48,729 bases of DNA from Alphaproteobacteria bacterium (GCA_017549445.1 JAFYUU010000010.1:1-48729), one strand, 5' to 3'. Positions 1 through 9,906 are shown, numbered from the stretch's first letter. Translations and numbers: made by a program. Notes: generated by a model from the letters alone, not told the origin.

Positions 1-589
1 ATCCACATGGCGTGCATGTGCTTAACCCTGTGCCTGAACCATACGTTCCATACGGGCATGCCGTGCAAGTGCTAAGCCCCGTTTTTGACGCATACCGCCC
101 GGCTGTACAAGCAGATATACGCCCAGTATTAGTGGCGTAATATCCCCCAGGACAATACGACCCAACCGTGCAAGGAACACAATTTGTCCCATTTCCATAA
201 TACCCCGGTGCACAATGACACGCACTGGTATCAGAACATCCCATTGCCCCTATCAAGAACTTCATTTTTCCGCCACTAAATATCGGCGAATAATTCGAAC
301 ACACCCCAGAAGTATAGCAATTCATCGCCCTGTCATACACTGACGAAGACAGACACAAACAACCACCACCACCTATGCAATTCATGTCATCAACAAACCA
401 TGTTGCATTTTTATATCCCGAATGATAGCCAAGATTTTTACAATACGTTTCACAGTTGGCAAGTATGGTTGAAGCATATCCTGTACAATAACGTGCATGG
501 ACGGTATCAACATCATACACCAGCCCCAACAACCCCACCAAAGCACTGAACATCACCCTTTTAACAAAACCCAGTTTTAGTTGTCTCAT
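1..589 (-). CDS. Secreted Cys-rich surface protein, tandem paralogue of 628..1512; 3' end runs off the window
   Basis: Read manually because it is not in the ORF track. ATG at 589 gives MRQLKLGFVKRVMFSALVGLLGLVYDVDTVHARYC...CHCAPGYYGNGTNCVPCTVGSYC..., collinear with 628..1512 (offset 920 nt in the repeat region). Confidence 0.85.
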   Translation of the reverse strand, partial: MRQLKLGFVKRVMFSALVGLLGLVYDVDTVHARYCTGYASTILANCETYCKNLGYHSGYKNATWFVDDMNCIGGGGCLCLSSSVYDRAMNCYTSGVCSNYSPIFSGGKMKFLIGAMGCSDTSACHCAPGYYGNGTNCVPCTVGSYCPGGYYATNTGRISACTAGRYASKTGLSTCTACPYGTYGSGTGLSTCTPCG

Positions 590-627
590 ATCTCTCACCA
601 CCTTCATCTATTCACATACCCACATCA

Positions 628-1512
628 TCATGATGCACAACAGGTCCCCGTTATGTCGTATTCACCTGAATCATCTGAACACGACACCGGTGTGCTAAGA
701 CAGCATGCCGTAACGGACGTGCTGCCTGTTGACGCAGTTGTCCCATAAACCCCACAGGTACTAGGACAACGTGTGCAAGCCCAAGACCCCGTCCCCGACG
801 CATAATATCCAACCGAACACGCAGTGCATGCATATGCACGTGAATTCAAGCTATTGTAATAACCCGCTGCACATTTAGAACATGCCGTGCTACGTCCTGA
901 TATACTATTATACGCACCGTATCCACATGGCGTGCATGTGCTTAACCCTGTGGTTGAACCATACGTTCCATACGGGCATGCCGTGCACGTGCTAAGCCCC
1001 GTTGTTGATGCATACCGCCCGACTGTACAGGCAGTTTTATACCCAGTATTAGTGGCGTAATGTCCCCCAGAACAATACGACCCAACCGTGCATGCAACAC
1101 AATTTGTCCCATTTCCATAATACCCCGGTGCACAATGACACGCACTGGTATCAGAACAACCATATGCCCCAATCAAATATTTCATTTTTCCACCACTAAA
1201 TATCGGCGAATATGATGCACACGTCTTAGAATTATAACAACTCAATGCCGCACTATACGTAGATGATGACAGACACAAACAAGCACCACCACCTGTGCAC
1301 CCCAAGTCATCAGTAAACCATGACGCACCACCAATATACCCTGTATGATATCCACGGTTTTTACAATACGTTGCACAGTTGGCAGTTATGGTTGAAGTTG
1401 TTCCTGCACAATAACGTGCCTGGGCGGTATCAACATCATACACCACCCCCAGCAACCCAACCAAAACACTGAACATCACCCTTTTAACAAAACCCAGATT
1501 TAGTTGTCCCAT
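628..1512 (-). CDS. Secreted Cys-rich protein with TNFR/GCC2-GCC3 (ephrin-receptor-like) CxxCxxGxY repeats
   Basis: N-terminal hydrophobic signal, repeated CTACPYGTY/CSKCAAGYY/CSVGYY units, Ser/Thr/Gly-rich. Confidence 0.85.
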   Translation of the reverse strand: MGQLNLGFVKRVMFSVLVGLLGVVYDVDTAQARYCAGTTSTITANCATYCKNRGYHTGYIGGASWFTDDLGCTGGGACLCLSSSTYSAALSCYNSKTCASYSPIFSGGKMKYLIGAYGCSDTSACHCAPGYYGNGTNCVACTVGSYCSGGHYATNTGYKTACTVGRYASTTGLSTCTACPYGTYGSTTGLSTCTPCGYGAYNSISGRSTACSKCAAGYYNSLNSRAYACTACSVGYYASGTGSWACTRCPSTCGVYGTTASTGSTSVTACCLSTPVSCSDDSGEYDITGTCCAS

Positions 1513-1521
1513 ATCTCTTTT

Positions 1522-1702
1522 TTCCCCCGGTTTTCCGCCCTACCGAACCCAAATGGTCCTTTAGATTCGGTAGTTTTTTAGCATTGACAACCGCCCGTTT
1601 TATGGGGTAAAATGCATACGGACAGCTGCCTAATACAAAGGACCCTTTGGATTAGGCAGTTTTTTTTACCAATTTCGCCGAATTATCCCACTGATTTTAT
1701 TA
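1522..1702. promoter_or_regulatory. Conserved leader element, copy 1: hairpin L (1540-1573), antisense sigma70 promoter (TTGACA 1584-1589, TAAAAT 1608-1613), hairpin R (1626-1659) plus T-run
   Basis: Homologous block at 21015-21195 lies upstream of the other Cys-rich pair. Both hairpins are 13-8-13 imperfect palindromes. Confidence 0.75.
1619..1667 (+). ncRNA. Putative ~50-nt antisense small RNA (single hairpin plus U-tract)
   Basis: TTGACA-N18-TAAAAT lies immediately upstream, followed by hairpin ctgcctaatacaaag-gacc-ctttggattaggcag and T8. The hairpin is 32/34 identical at locus 2. Confidence 0.45.
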
Positions 1703-1727
1703 TATTTTTCCCACCATTTCGTGCAAC

Positions 1728-1758
1728 AAAAAAATCCCCCGAAATGGGGGACTTTTTT
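1728..1758. terminator. Intrinsic (bidirectional) terminator after rnj
   Basis: aaaaaaa-tccccc-gaaat-ggggga-ctttttt. Confidence 0.8.
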
Positions 1759-3556
1759 ATTTCTGGATAAAATGCACACTGTATTGCGGTTTCTTATCCG
1801 CCCCCAGTGATGCACGCACCACTTTGTTTGATGCCACCTGAACCGCACGAACCAGATTATCACGATCTTTACGTTCGGCTTTGCTCAATGCATCGATGGC
1901 ACGTGTGATTTCAATCTGGATTTGACGTTTCATAAATCCGGTTGTATCCGATTCAAAGATACCTGCACTGGATACTTCTGGCACGCCCTTCAAGAATCCA
2001 CGTTTATCTACTGGCAACGTCACAAACACCGCCCCATTAGACGCAATTTTGCGACGATTTTTATAAACCTGGTCATCGGCACTGCGTTCTGTTTCACCTT
2101 CCATAACGACATAACTGGTTTCGATTGTTTCTGCTACATACGGTTCTTCACCATCACGCATAGCAATCATTTCACCATTATGCACCACCATCATATGCTT
2201 GGCCCCACCACGTTCCATGGCCATTTTCCCGTTCAACATTTCATTGATATAGTCCCCATGCATCGGGATTGATACCTGCGGATGCACCATATCATAGAAT
2301 CTTTCCAGTTCTGGGCGACCTGCGTGTCCACTGGCATGCAGATTATCTGTATCGAAAATCGTATGCACTTTGATTCCCATCCGTGCCAGTTTATTATACA
2401 AGAACGACACATCCTGTTCACGTCCTGGGATAATAATAGAACTGAACAGCACCGTATCTGTCGGCATCAGTTTCAATTCCTTGACCTGACCACGGCACAG
2501 ACGTGTCAGCATTGCGAACTTTTCCCCCTGGGAACCTGTCATAAATATTGCCTGTTTTTCTGCTGGTAAATCTTTGATTTCCCCATGAGTATAAATTTCA
2601 TCACGTCCCAAATATCCCAAATCCATACCAATTTCACGAAATTCTGGCAACCCGACATACGGCACAGGATTTGGATTACTGCGTTCTTTGATACACGCAA
2701 TACGTCCTGCGTTTTTAGCGGCCTCGGCAAACATTTTGATACGTGCCAAACTGCGTGAATACCCCGTCACGATAACACGTCCCGGTGCATCCTTCATAAT
2801 CTGGGTCAGCGTATCCCGCACCTGTGTTTCTGTGACCTGAACGGACTGCTTGGACGCATTAGTAGAATCACACACACACGCCAACAATTTCGGATCTGCC
2901 CCAATTTCACGCAACCGTGCAAAATCCGTTGGTGCTTCGATTGGAATATCTTCGTTAAACGTCCAGTCCCCCGTATGCAAGATTTTTCCTGCATCCGTTT
3001 TGATAATCAACATTTGTGCCTCGGGGATACTGTGGGTGACGTGGAACGTCTCGACCGTGAATGGGTCCAGATTTAATTCTGCCCCATTATGATCAAATTC
3101 CACAATATCGGTCTTTTCGTTAAAGTCCATTTCGATACCACGGAACGTGCGACGCAGAATTTCTGCTGGGAATCGTGTGCAATAAATTGGCTTTCTGAAT
3201 TTTGGCCAAACATACTTCAATGCCCCGATATGGTCTTCGTGTCCGTGTGTGACAACAAATCCCACCACGTCTTTTTTACGTTTTTCCAACCAGGTTGTGT
3301 CACAGTACTGCACATCGCCTGCCCCGATTTCTTCGTCTAAAAATCCCATACCGCAATCAACGACCAAGAATTTTCCACGATATTTATAGACATACATATT
3401 CTGGCCAATATGTTCCAATCCGCCCAACGCCATAAAATAGATTTTATCGTCGTTGCTGTCTGCTTCATGTTTTGTTTTGCCCGAAATCTTTGTGGGCAGT
3501 TTTGGTTTAGTCCCCTTTTCCTGGGACACATTTTTCTTTTCTTTTACTTTTACCAT
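1757..3556 (-). CDS. rnj: Ribonuclease J
   Basis: Metallo-beta-lactamase/beta-CASP motifs: ALGGLEHIGQNM, THGHEDHIGA, HSIPE, HTGDW, CDSTN, GSQGE, HASGH, PMHGD. Confidence 0.95.
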   Translation of the reverse strand: MVKVKEKKNVSQEKGTKPKLPTKISGKTKHEADSNDDKIYFMALGGLEHIGQNMYVYKYRGKFLVVDCGMGFLDEEIGAGDVQYCDTTWLEKRKKDVVGFVVTHGHEDHIGALKYVWPKFRKPIYCTRFPAEILRRTFRGIEMDFNEKTDIVEFDHNGAELNLDPFTVETFHVTHSIPEAQMLIIKTDAGKILHTGDWTFNEDIPIEAPTDFARLREIGADPKLLACVCDSTNASKQSVQVTETQVRDTLTQIMKDAPGRVIVTGYSRSLARIKMFAEAAKNAGRIACIKERSNPNPVPYVGLPEFREIGMDLGYLGRDEIYTHGEIKDLPAEKQAIFMTGSQGEKFAMLTRLCRGQVKELKLMPTDTVLFSSIIIPGREQDVSFLYNKLARMGIKVHTIFDTDNLHASGHAGRPELERFYDMVHPQVSIPMHGDYINEMLNGKMAMERGGAKHMMVVHNGEMIAMRDGEEPYVAETIETSYVVMEGETERSADDQVYKNRRKIASNGAVFVTLPVDKRGFLKGVPEVSSAGIFESDTTGFMKRQIQIEITRAIDALSKAERKDRDNLVRAVQVASNKVVRASLGADKKPQYSVHFIQK

Positions 3557-3805
3557 TTATAATTTACCTTTTTTACGTTATTCCAATGCACAGCCACCCA
3601 ATTCATTACAAATAAACACCAATATTTATTGGCAGTGAATCTGTGGCCATGCGACATACCCCATGGTATTTTATTATTTTCAATAAAGACACAGGGATTT
3701 CTTCCACGTTCCGGCTTTACATACTCGCCAACGAACGTCAACAACATAATATTACTACTTTATTTTACTATATGCAAGCAGTTTCAACAAAAATTGACAA
3801 AATTA

Positions 3806-3834
3806 TTGACAAAATAAAGAACTTTTGATAAAAT
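3806..3834 (+). promoter_or_regulatory. sigma70 promoter for the 3863 gene
   Basis: TTGACA-N17-TAAAAT with TG just upstream of the -10. Confidence 0.7.
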
Positions 3835-3862
3835 AAGTGTGACTAAACATGGGAACATACAA

Positions 3863-4723
3863 ATGAAAAACCAAGAAAACAAATTTGGAACACCTGTTTC
3901 ATCTGGGCATCCACACATATCGGCCGACACATTGACCCACGGCCTGATAGAAGATGCCGTATTTACACACTCATTTGATACCAATATATCAGAATTCGAG
4001 AGCATTCTGGCAACAAACGTGCACAAATTGCCGATACTGCTCATGAACAATCGAACAACCCTTATGATGTTCATGTGGATAAATTTTGCATCCGCCAGAT
4101 ACAACTCTAATCGTCCATTTGGCAAAAAACCAAGCAGTTTGCAGGAATATTTGCCAAATGCGATATTTGCCGCCCTGTTAAATCACGGGTGGTTGGAATC
4201 ATACGCAAACGACACCATGACCAAACACTATCGTTCCCTGTTTCAGGGTTCCGACTATATCAAAATCGACAACCGCCAGATTCCAGTGGAATTATTGGTT
4301 CTGGAATTTGAACGCAATTTGTGTAATATGTTTGCGTGCCTAAACACTGAAAACCGCCAACAGTTTCAACAAATAATTCCAATTGAACGTGCGGGCTATT
4401 TACTGTCACGCAATTTCAAGGGCGATTTAAGTTTAAACGAATACCTGCCCTTGATAAATCGTCTAAATCGCTATTTTGACATCAGTTGCCTGATTCATGC
4501 CCAGACAGCCCTAATGGACGATTTACCCCCTGCTGTCCGCTCAATGTTATCTGAATTTCAGCAAAACAAGAATCCTGCCAACTTCCCCATATTGTGGGAA
4601 CGTCTGGCCGGCCACCCAAAATATGGTCAACTGTGTGACACATTGGGCAAACGCATAGACGCAATGTTGCTAAACCGCACAAACCAGACATTAAAAGGTT
4701 TTACATCAGACCGCACAAAATAA
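3863..4723 (+). CDS. Hypothetical protein (no signal peptide; C-terminus ...DRTK)
   Basis: Long ORF with its own promoter and terminator. ATG 3863 preferred because the track start at 3839 lies at or before the expected transcription start. Confidence 0.75.
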   Translation: MKNQENKFGTPVSSGHPHISADTLTHGLIEDAVFTHSFDTNISEFESILATNVHKLPILLMNNRTTLMMFMWINFASARYNSNRPFGKKPSSLQEYLPNAIFAALLNHGWLESYANDTMTKHYRSLFQGSDYIKIDNRQIPVELLVLEFERNLCNMFACLNTENRQQFQQIIPIERAGYLLSRNFKGDLSLNEYLPLINRLNRYFDISCLIHAQTALMDDLPPAVRSMLSEFQQNKNPANFPILWERLAGHPKYGQLCDTLGKRIDAMLLNRTNQTLKGFTSDRTK

Positions 4724-4750
4724 AAATCCCCCATTTCGGGGGATTTTTTT
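4722..4750. terminator. Bidirectional intrinsic terminator
   Basis: aaaaatccccc-atttc-gggggattttttt between convergent genes. Confidence 0.85.
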
Positions 4751-4761
4751 CGATACAACTA

Positions 4762-7700
4762 TTAAAAATCATATCTGAATTTAACCATACCTGTTTGTGA
4801 AGTATAATCTTCATGCACCGTCAGGTCATAGTTCAACGACACCTGAACACCACGGTATTCAGTTGTCATACCGATACCAAATTCACCACCCATACGTGAC
4901 AGTCGATCACCCGCCAACACATATGCCGGTGCCCCTGGCATAACAACTGTGATGTCATTTGCATCCGACAGGAAGTCATATGTCACACCTGCACGCAGTT
5001 CTGGACGCAACATCATGCCCCAGTCGTTTGCGATATCAAATGCATATTTAACCCCTGCAACCCCGGACAGATAATCCCCATCCAGTTCATCAGACGATAC
5101 AAATCCATTGTCGTATGCATCCTGAGACACATGCATATAACGGATTCCGACCTCTGGTGTCAGGCCCAATGCGAAATCATAACCCGTCATAAATTGTGCA
5201 CCGTATGCATCAACATCGAACTGTGCGGTCAATTCGCCACCCAACATCTGTGTTTGTTCATCATAATCAGACATTGTATATGTCAACGTTCCGTTCACAT
5301 ACCATTCGGCTGGTTTATACTGACCATAGACAAAGATGCTGTTGCTTTCGACATCTGTATGACGTGCATCTGCATGGATATCCGCATTGCTGTATGAATA
5401 CCCACCACCGATTGTCAAATCGTCGTTTATCAGTATATCGCCACCCATTGCAAATCCACGTGTATATCCATGGAATTGGTCGGCTAACTTGGATTTATTG
5501 AACATACCCTGAACCCAAACACCTGCGGATTCCAGTGCATCTCCACCATTACGTCCAACTGGGCTGATTGCCGCCATACGTTTGCCAGCCATAGTCAAGA
5601 TTTGGTTCTGAACAGATGATGCCACCGCCTGTGCCACAGGTTTGGACGTAGGTGCTGTTTTGGCTGTTTCTTTTTCAACCGTTTCAACATCCCCCGCATT
5701 CAATGCCTGTTGCATTGCCAGCGATATTTTCTGAACATTTGCATTACCCGACTGTGTCAACCCAGACACAACCGATGCGGCCTGGCTTGAAATTCCGGCA
5801 TCTGTTGCCAATGTTTCAGCATCTTTCAGTTCAACCTTGATACCAGACGCCCCATTGTTTGTCACAATGAATGTCTTACCCGCATCAACTGCAAATTCAT
5901 TATTCGCACCAAAGATGTTATATGTTCCAACACTTGCAACATTCAGTTTAACGGTTCCCGAACCACTGATTTCATCGGCATCAACTTTACCAAATTGTGT
6001 TGCACTCAAAACATCAACCCCCAACACACCATTCAGAACAAATTCGCCCTGTTCCACGGTTGTGGCACCGATATTAAATGTTGCCCCATCTGCAACGGTG
6101 AACGAACCAGTTCCCGTGATACCACCGTCGATTGTTGTTTTACCCGATACGATTGTAAACGTTCCCATATTATGGATATCATTTGCAAGGCCATTTGCAG
6201 TATTACCTGTAAATGTATTTGTTCCTGCCAGGGTAAATTTACCACCCTTGTCATTATAGATTGCCCCCCCCATATCACCGGCCTGGTTATTTTCGAATGT
6301 ATTCACACCCGACAAATCAAATACACCGTGATTTGTGGAATCTATCACATTGCCACCGCCAAAGTAGTTTCTGTCAATCCCATTATAGATTGCCCCACCT
6401 GACTTTCCTGCGACATTCGTTGCAAATGTTGTGTTCTTGAAATACACTTCCCCGTCATAGATGCTTTCTAATGCACCACCATAGTTGACGGCCTTGTTTC
6501 CTGTAAATTCTGCACCATCGAATTTCAGATACGAACCATCACGTGATGTATTGTGACGTGCGGACACGGCCCCACCACTGACACCCGATTCGTTATTTAT
6601 AAAGTGCACATCTGTCAATGTTGCCTTGACCTTTTGTCCGGCATACAACGCCCCACCGCCATTTGCATCGGACGCAGCAAAGTATTTCTTACCATCAACC
6701 GTAACACTTTTACCGGCGGTATTGTTCTGGAAATATGTTCCCGTCACCGTTGCATCTAAATACAGCCCCAACGCACCACCGTCTGCGGTTGCGTGGTTGC
6801 TGTCGAATGTGCCACCTTTGATTGTAGTATTCCCTGTTTTTCCAGACGTTGCGAACGCACCATTTACGTATGCAACATTGTCCGAGAATTTAGAATCTTC
6901 TACAACCAATGTTCCATTATTCTTGATTGCCCCACCAAAACCTTCGGCCACAACGTTGCCCTCAAATTCTGCACCCACGATGGTCATATTACCTTTGTTA
7001 AATATTGCACCACCTTCGTCTGTTGCGGTATTTTTCTCGAATTCACCGCCCACGATTTTCATACTTGCCTTGTTATCGGCCTTGTCTGCAACCCCGTCGT
7101 TATAGATTGCACCACCATTTTGTGCGGAATTTCCTGTAAAGTCGGTATTTTTCATATAAACCGCATTACGTTCTGTCACACTGTCATAGAACGTGGAATA
7201 AATCGCTCCTCCCTTCATCACGGCACTATTACCGACAAATTCAGCATCAAATATATCTAATTTTGCCTGGCTGTTATTTCCCATTGATGGTGCACGCATA
7301 GCAATTGCCCCACCATCAGACGTAGAAGTATTGCGTTCAAAATCTGAATCTGTAATTTTTGCTACGGAACTGGAACCAAAGAACAAAGCCCCACCACCGT
7401 CAATTGACGTATTGGAATCCGAATTATCACCGATTACTGTTCCATAAACACTGTTTCCAATAAAGTCAGCTTTTTCAATATCTGCGTTACGTCCCAACCA
7501 CATCGCACCACCTGCGGCATAGGCCCCATTATTCTTAAACTGTGTGCGATTACCATTATAATCTTTTACAAAAACCGATGCATCGAATGCAGTGCTACTG
7601 GATTGTCCGACAACCCCACCAACACCCCACACACCGTGTGCGGATTTAATATTAGAATATTGTCCACCTTCGATGGTCAGTGACGACCCCTTGGACACCT

Positions 7701-7896
7701 TAACCAAACCTGCATCCCAAGTTGCATCAACATCTGTTGCGGTTGAAAAGTTGCTTACCGTTTTATTGGTCCATACATGTTCTGAACCATCTGCGGTCAC
7801 GATTCGTTCTACATCTGCCATTGCGGGCATAATCGCCAACGCAGGCAAAATACTGCACACCTTAACCAGGTCTGCCAAATGCTTTATATTGGACAT
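4762..7896 (-). CDS. Autotransporter with chlamydial Pmp-like (GGAI/FxxN) beta-helix passenger
   Basis: Many FxxN...GGA[IL] repeats and a C-terminal barrel (GVWVQG...KFRYDF, terminal Phe). Start at 7896 follows the RBS AAAGGAG. Confidence 0.9.
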   Translation of the reverse strand: MSNIKHLADLVKVCSILPALAIMPAMADVERIVTADGSEHVWTNKTVSNFSTATDVDATWDAGLVKVSKGSSLTIEGGQYSNIKSAHGVWGVGGVVGQSSSTAFDASVFVKDYNGNRTQFKNNGAYAAGGAMWLGRNADIEKADFIGNSVYGTVIGDNSDSNTSIDGGGALFFGSSSVAKITDSDFERNTSTSDGGAIAMRAPSMGNNSQAKLDIFDAEFVGNSAVMKGGAIYSTFYDSVTERNAVYMKNTDFTGNSAQNGGAIYNDGVADKADNKASMKIVGGEFEKNTATDEGGAIFNKGNMTIVGAEFEGNVVAEGFGGAIKNNGTLVVEDSKFSDNVAYVNGAFATSGKTGNTTIKGGTFDSNHATADGGALGLYLDATVTGTYFQNNTAGKSVTVDGKKYFAASDANGGGALYAGQKVKATLTDVHFINNESGVSGGAVSARHNTSRDGSYLKFDGAEFTGNKAVNYGGALESIYDGEVYFKNTTFATNVAGKSGGAIYNGIDRNYFGGGNVIDSTNHGVFDLSGVNTFENNQAGDMGGAIYNDKGGKFTLAGTNTFTGNTANGLANDIHNMGTFTIVSGKTTIDGGITGTGSFTVADGATFNIGATTVEQGEFVLNGVLGVDVLSATQFGKVDADEISGSGTVKLNVASVGTYNIFGANNEFAVDAGKTFIVTNNGASGIKVELKDAETLATDAGISSQAASVVSGLTQSGNANVQKISLAMQQALNAGDVETVEKETAKTAPTSKPVAQAVASSVQNQILTMAGKRMAAISPVGRNGGDALESAGVWVQGMFNKSKLADQFHGYTRGFAMGGDILINDDLTIGGGYSYSNADIHADARHTDVESNSIFVYGQYKPAEWYVNGTLTYTMSDYDEQTQMLGGELTAQFDVDAYGAQFMTGYDFALGLTPEVGIRYMHVSQDAYDNGFVSSDELDGDYLSGVAGVKYAFDIANDWGMMLRPELRAGVTYDFLSDANDITVVMPGAPAYVLAGDRLSRMGGEFGIGMTTEYRGVQVSLNYDLTVHEDYTSQTGMVKFRYDF

Positions 7897-8027
7897 ATGT
7901 TCTCCTTTCATGTTTATTGTCCCACGGGATGTTTTCATTGGTATCACATATTTTTCAATAATCAACCCAAAAAACACCACTATTTTCCTTGACTTGTAAA
8001 AAAGACGGGGCGAATCGCCCCATCATT

Positions 8028-9197
8028 TTATTTTTCTTCCAATATTGCAATGCCCGGCAACACACGTCCCTCGACAAACTCCAGGAATGCCCCACCCCCT
8101 GTGGACATATACGTAATATCACCCTTGATGCCCAATGCCTGCAACACTGCAACCGTATCACCACCACCGACAATACTCTCCAGTTTTCCTGCACGTGTCT
8201 GACTGGCAATCTCGTTTGCCAATGCGAACGAACCATATGACCACACTGGCATCCATTCCGCCATACCCACGGTCCCGTTCCAGATGACTGTCTTGGCTTC
8301 TTTTATTGCCTGAACATCACGCTGGGTTGTCTTGACCCCTGCATCCAAGATAACATCATCATCTTCGATTTGCGAAAAATCTTTATCTACCCGCACCGCA
8401 TCACGTTCAAACGCCTTGGCAACACCTTTGTCCAACGGCAACAGCACCCGGCAATTATTCTGCTGGGCATATTCCAGTATTTCCAGTGCGGTCTGTTTTT
8501 GATCGGCCTCATACAGGGAATTTCCGACCTTTGCCCCCTGTGCAAAGTTAAACGTTGTCCCCAGTGCCCCCCCAATAATCAATGTATCTGACAATTTTGC
8601 CAATGCCTTTAACACACCGATTTTTGTTGAAACCTTGCTTCCTGCCACGATAGACAGCAACGGCCGTTTTGGTTTTTCCATAACCTGACTTAAATGTTCT
8701 ATTTCGCCTGCCAACAAATCCCCTGCATAAGACGGCAGAATTTCCGCCACCCCAACGGTGCTGGCATGTGCACGATGCGACACTGCAAACGCATCATTTA
8801 CAAACACATCAAACCCCTGGGCCAAATTCTGTGCGAACGCAGGATCATTTTTTTCTTCCCCGGCATAGAACCGCACATTTTCCATCAGCACCACATCACC
8901 ATCACTCATCTGTGCCAAGAAATCTCTATCCAGACAATCAGGAATCAATTTAATCCCCATATATTTTGCGATTGGCTCCAACGTATAATCCATATTTCGC
9001 ACACCTTTGGGCCGACCACGATGGGCAACGATTGCGATTCTTGCCCCCATTTGACGCAGTTTATTTATTGTCGGCATACTTTGTTCGATACGAAATGCGT
9101 CCGTAATCTGTCCATCAACGATTTGCACGTTAAAGTCATCTCGCAACAATACATATTTACCCCGTAAATCTAATCCATCAATCGTGCGTAGTTTCAT
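8028..9197 (-). CDS. pgk: Phosphoglycerate kinase
   Basis: RDDFNV, HRGRP, ENVRF, NDAFAVSHRAHAS, GGGDT, STGGGAFLEFVEG motifs. Confidence 0.97.
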   Translation of the reverse strand: MKLRTIDGLDLRGKYVLLRDDFNVQIVDGQITDAFRIEQSMPTINKLRQMGARIAIVAHRGRPKGVRNMDYTLEPIAKYMGIKLIPDCLDRDFLAQMSDGDVVLMENVRFYAGEEKNDPAFAQNLAQGFDVFVNDAFAVSHRAHASTVGVAEILPSYAGDLLAGEIEHLSQVMEKPKRPLLSIVAGSKVSTKIGVLKALAKLSDTLIIGGALGTTFNFAQGAKVGNSLYEADQKQTALEILEYAQQNNCRVLLPLDKGVAKAFERDAVRVDKDFSQIEDDDVILDAGVKTTQRDVQAIKEAKTVIWNGTVGMAEWMPVWSYGSFALANEIASQTRAGKLESIVGGGDTVAVLQALGIKGDITYMSTGGGAFLEFVEGRVLPGIAILEEK

Positions 9198-9801
9198 TTT
9201 CTATCCTTTTCTTAACTGGTCCGAAGCTTTTTCTGTGATGCACCGTTATACCATATTTTTCAATTGCCTGTAAATGATCTTTTGTTGGATAACCTGCATT
9301 TTTATCCCACAAGTATTGCGGAAATTGTTTTGCCAAATCTGCCATAATGTTATCTCGTGTCACCTTGGCCACAACAGATGCGGCTGCAATTGAAATTGAT
9401 TTCGCATCCCCCCGCACCAGCGCATCTCCATTTAAATTCTTTGGCACCCGATTTCCATCCACCAAACACCAGTCAACCTGACACACCAACCCCGCAACCG
9501 CCCGTTCCATCGCCTGCATCGAAGCCCATAAAATATTCAACTCGTCTATTTCTTCTGGGCTGCACATCCCCACCGCCCATATGGTATTATTTACAATCCA
9601 GTCATATGCGACCAAACGCTGTTTTTCGGTCATCTGTTTAGAATCCCGAATTACAACAGGTATATCAATATCCCGATTTGGGAAAACCACAGCCCCTGCT
9701 ACAACTGGCCCACACAGGGGCCCACGCCCTGCCTCGTCCACACCGGCGATATATTGATATGCCAACGCATTTTCTGCTGAAAAATCTGGAATAATCTTCA
9801 T
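9178..9801 (-). CDS. rnhB: Ribonuclease HII
   Basis: GVDEAGRGPLCGPVV, DSKQ, DGN, SIAAASVVAKVTRD, GYPT, HRKSF motifs. Confidence 0.97.
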   Translation of the reverse strand: MKIIPDFSAENALAYQYIAGVDEAGRGPLCGPVVAGAVVFPNRDIDIPVVIRDSKQMTEKQRLVAYDWIVNNTIWAVGMCSPEEIDELNILWASMQAMERAVAGLVCQVDWCLVDGNRVPKNLNGDALVRGDAKSISIAAASVVAKVTRDNIMADLAKQFPQYLWDKNAGYPTKDHLQAIEKYGITVHHRKSFGPVKKRIENETTHD

Positions 9802-9848
9802 ACCCCAAACCCTAGCACCTTTTTATAAATAAAGAAAATACTTTTTTA

Positions 9849-9877
9849 TTGACAATTATTATATTTTGTCCTATAAT
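9849..9877 (+). promoter_or_regulatory. Consensus sigma70 promoter for a three-gene orphan operon
   Basis: TTGACA-N17-TATAAT, perfect consensus. Confidence 0.8.
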
Positions 9878-9906
9878 AGAGCTGACAAAAAACAAAAGGA
9901 TAAAAA

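Noticed and set aside
625-630. TGA recoding (Sec/Trp/Cys) in Cys-rich genes
   Set aside because: The tandem TGA TGA falls where paralogues end with TAA; conserved genes use TGG for Trp and have no internal TGA.
1-1512. Diversity-generating retroelement template/variable repeat pair
   Set aside because: Both copies are coding, the differences are not adenine-specific and include synonymous changes, and no reverse transcriptase is in the window. A simple tandem duplication explains it.
1540-1659. Mini CRISPR array
   Set aside because: Only two degenerate palindromes (24/34 identical as direct repeats); the 'spacer' is a promoter conserved at both loci; no cas genes.
3550-3747. 65-aa ORF upstream of rnj
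   Set aside because: It starts at the predicted transcription start with no RBS and has no recognisable features; treated as leader sequence.
9851-9870. GACA-N12-TGTC operator shared by promoters at 9849, 41064 and 48322
   Set aside because: One half is simply the -35 box and the other may be an extended -10 TG context; the spacing differs (N14) at 28905-28926, so there is too little support for a regulator site.
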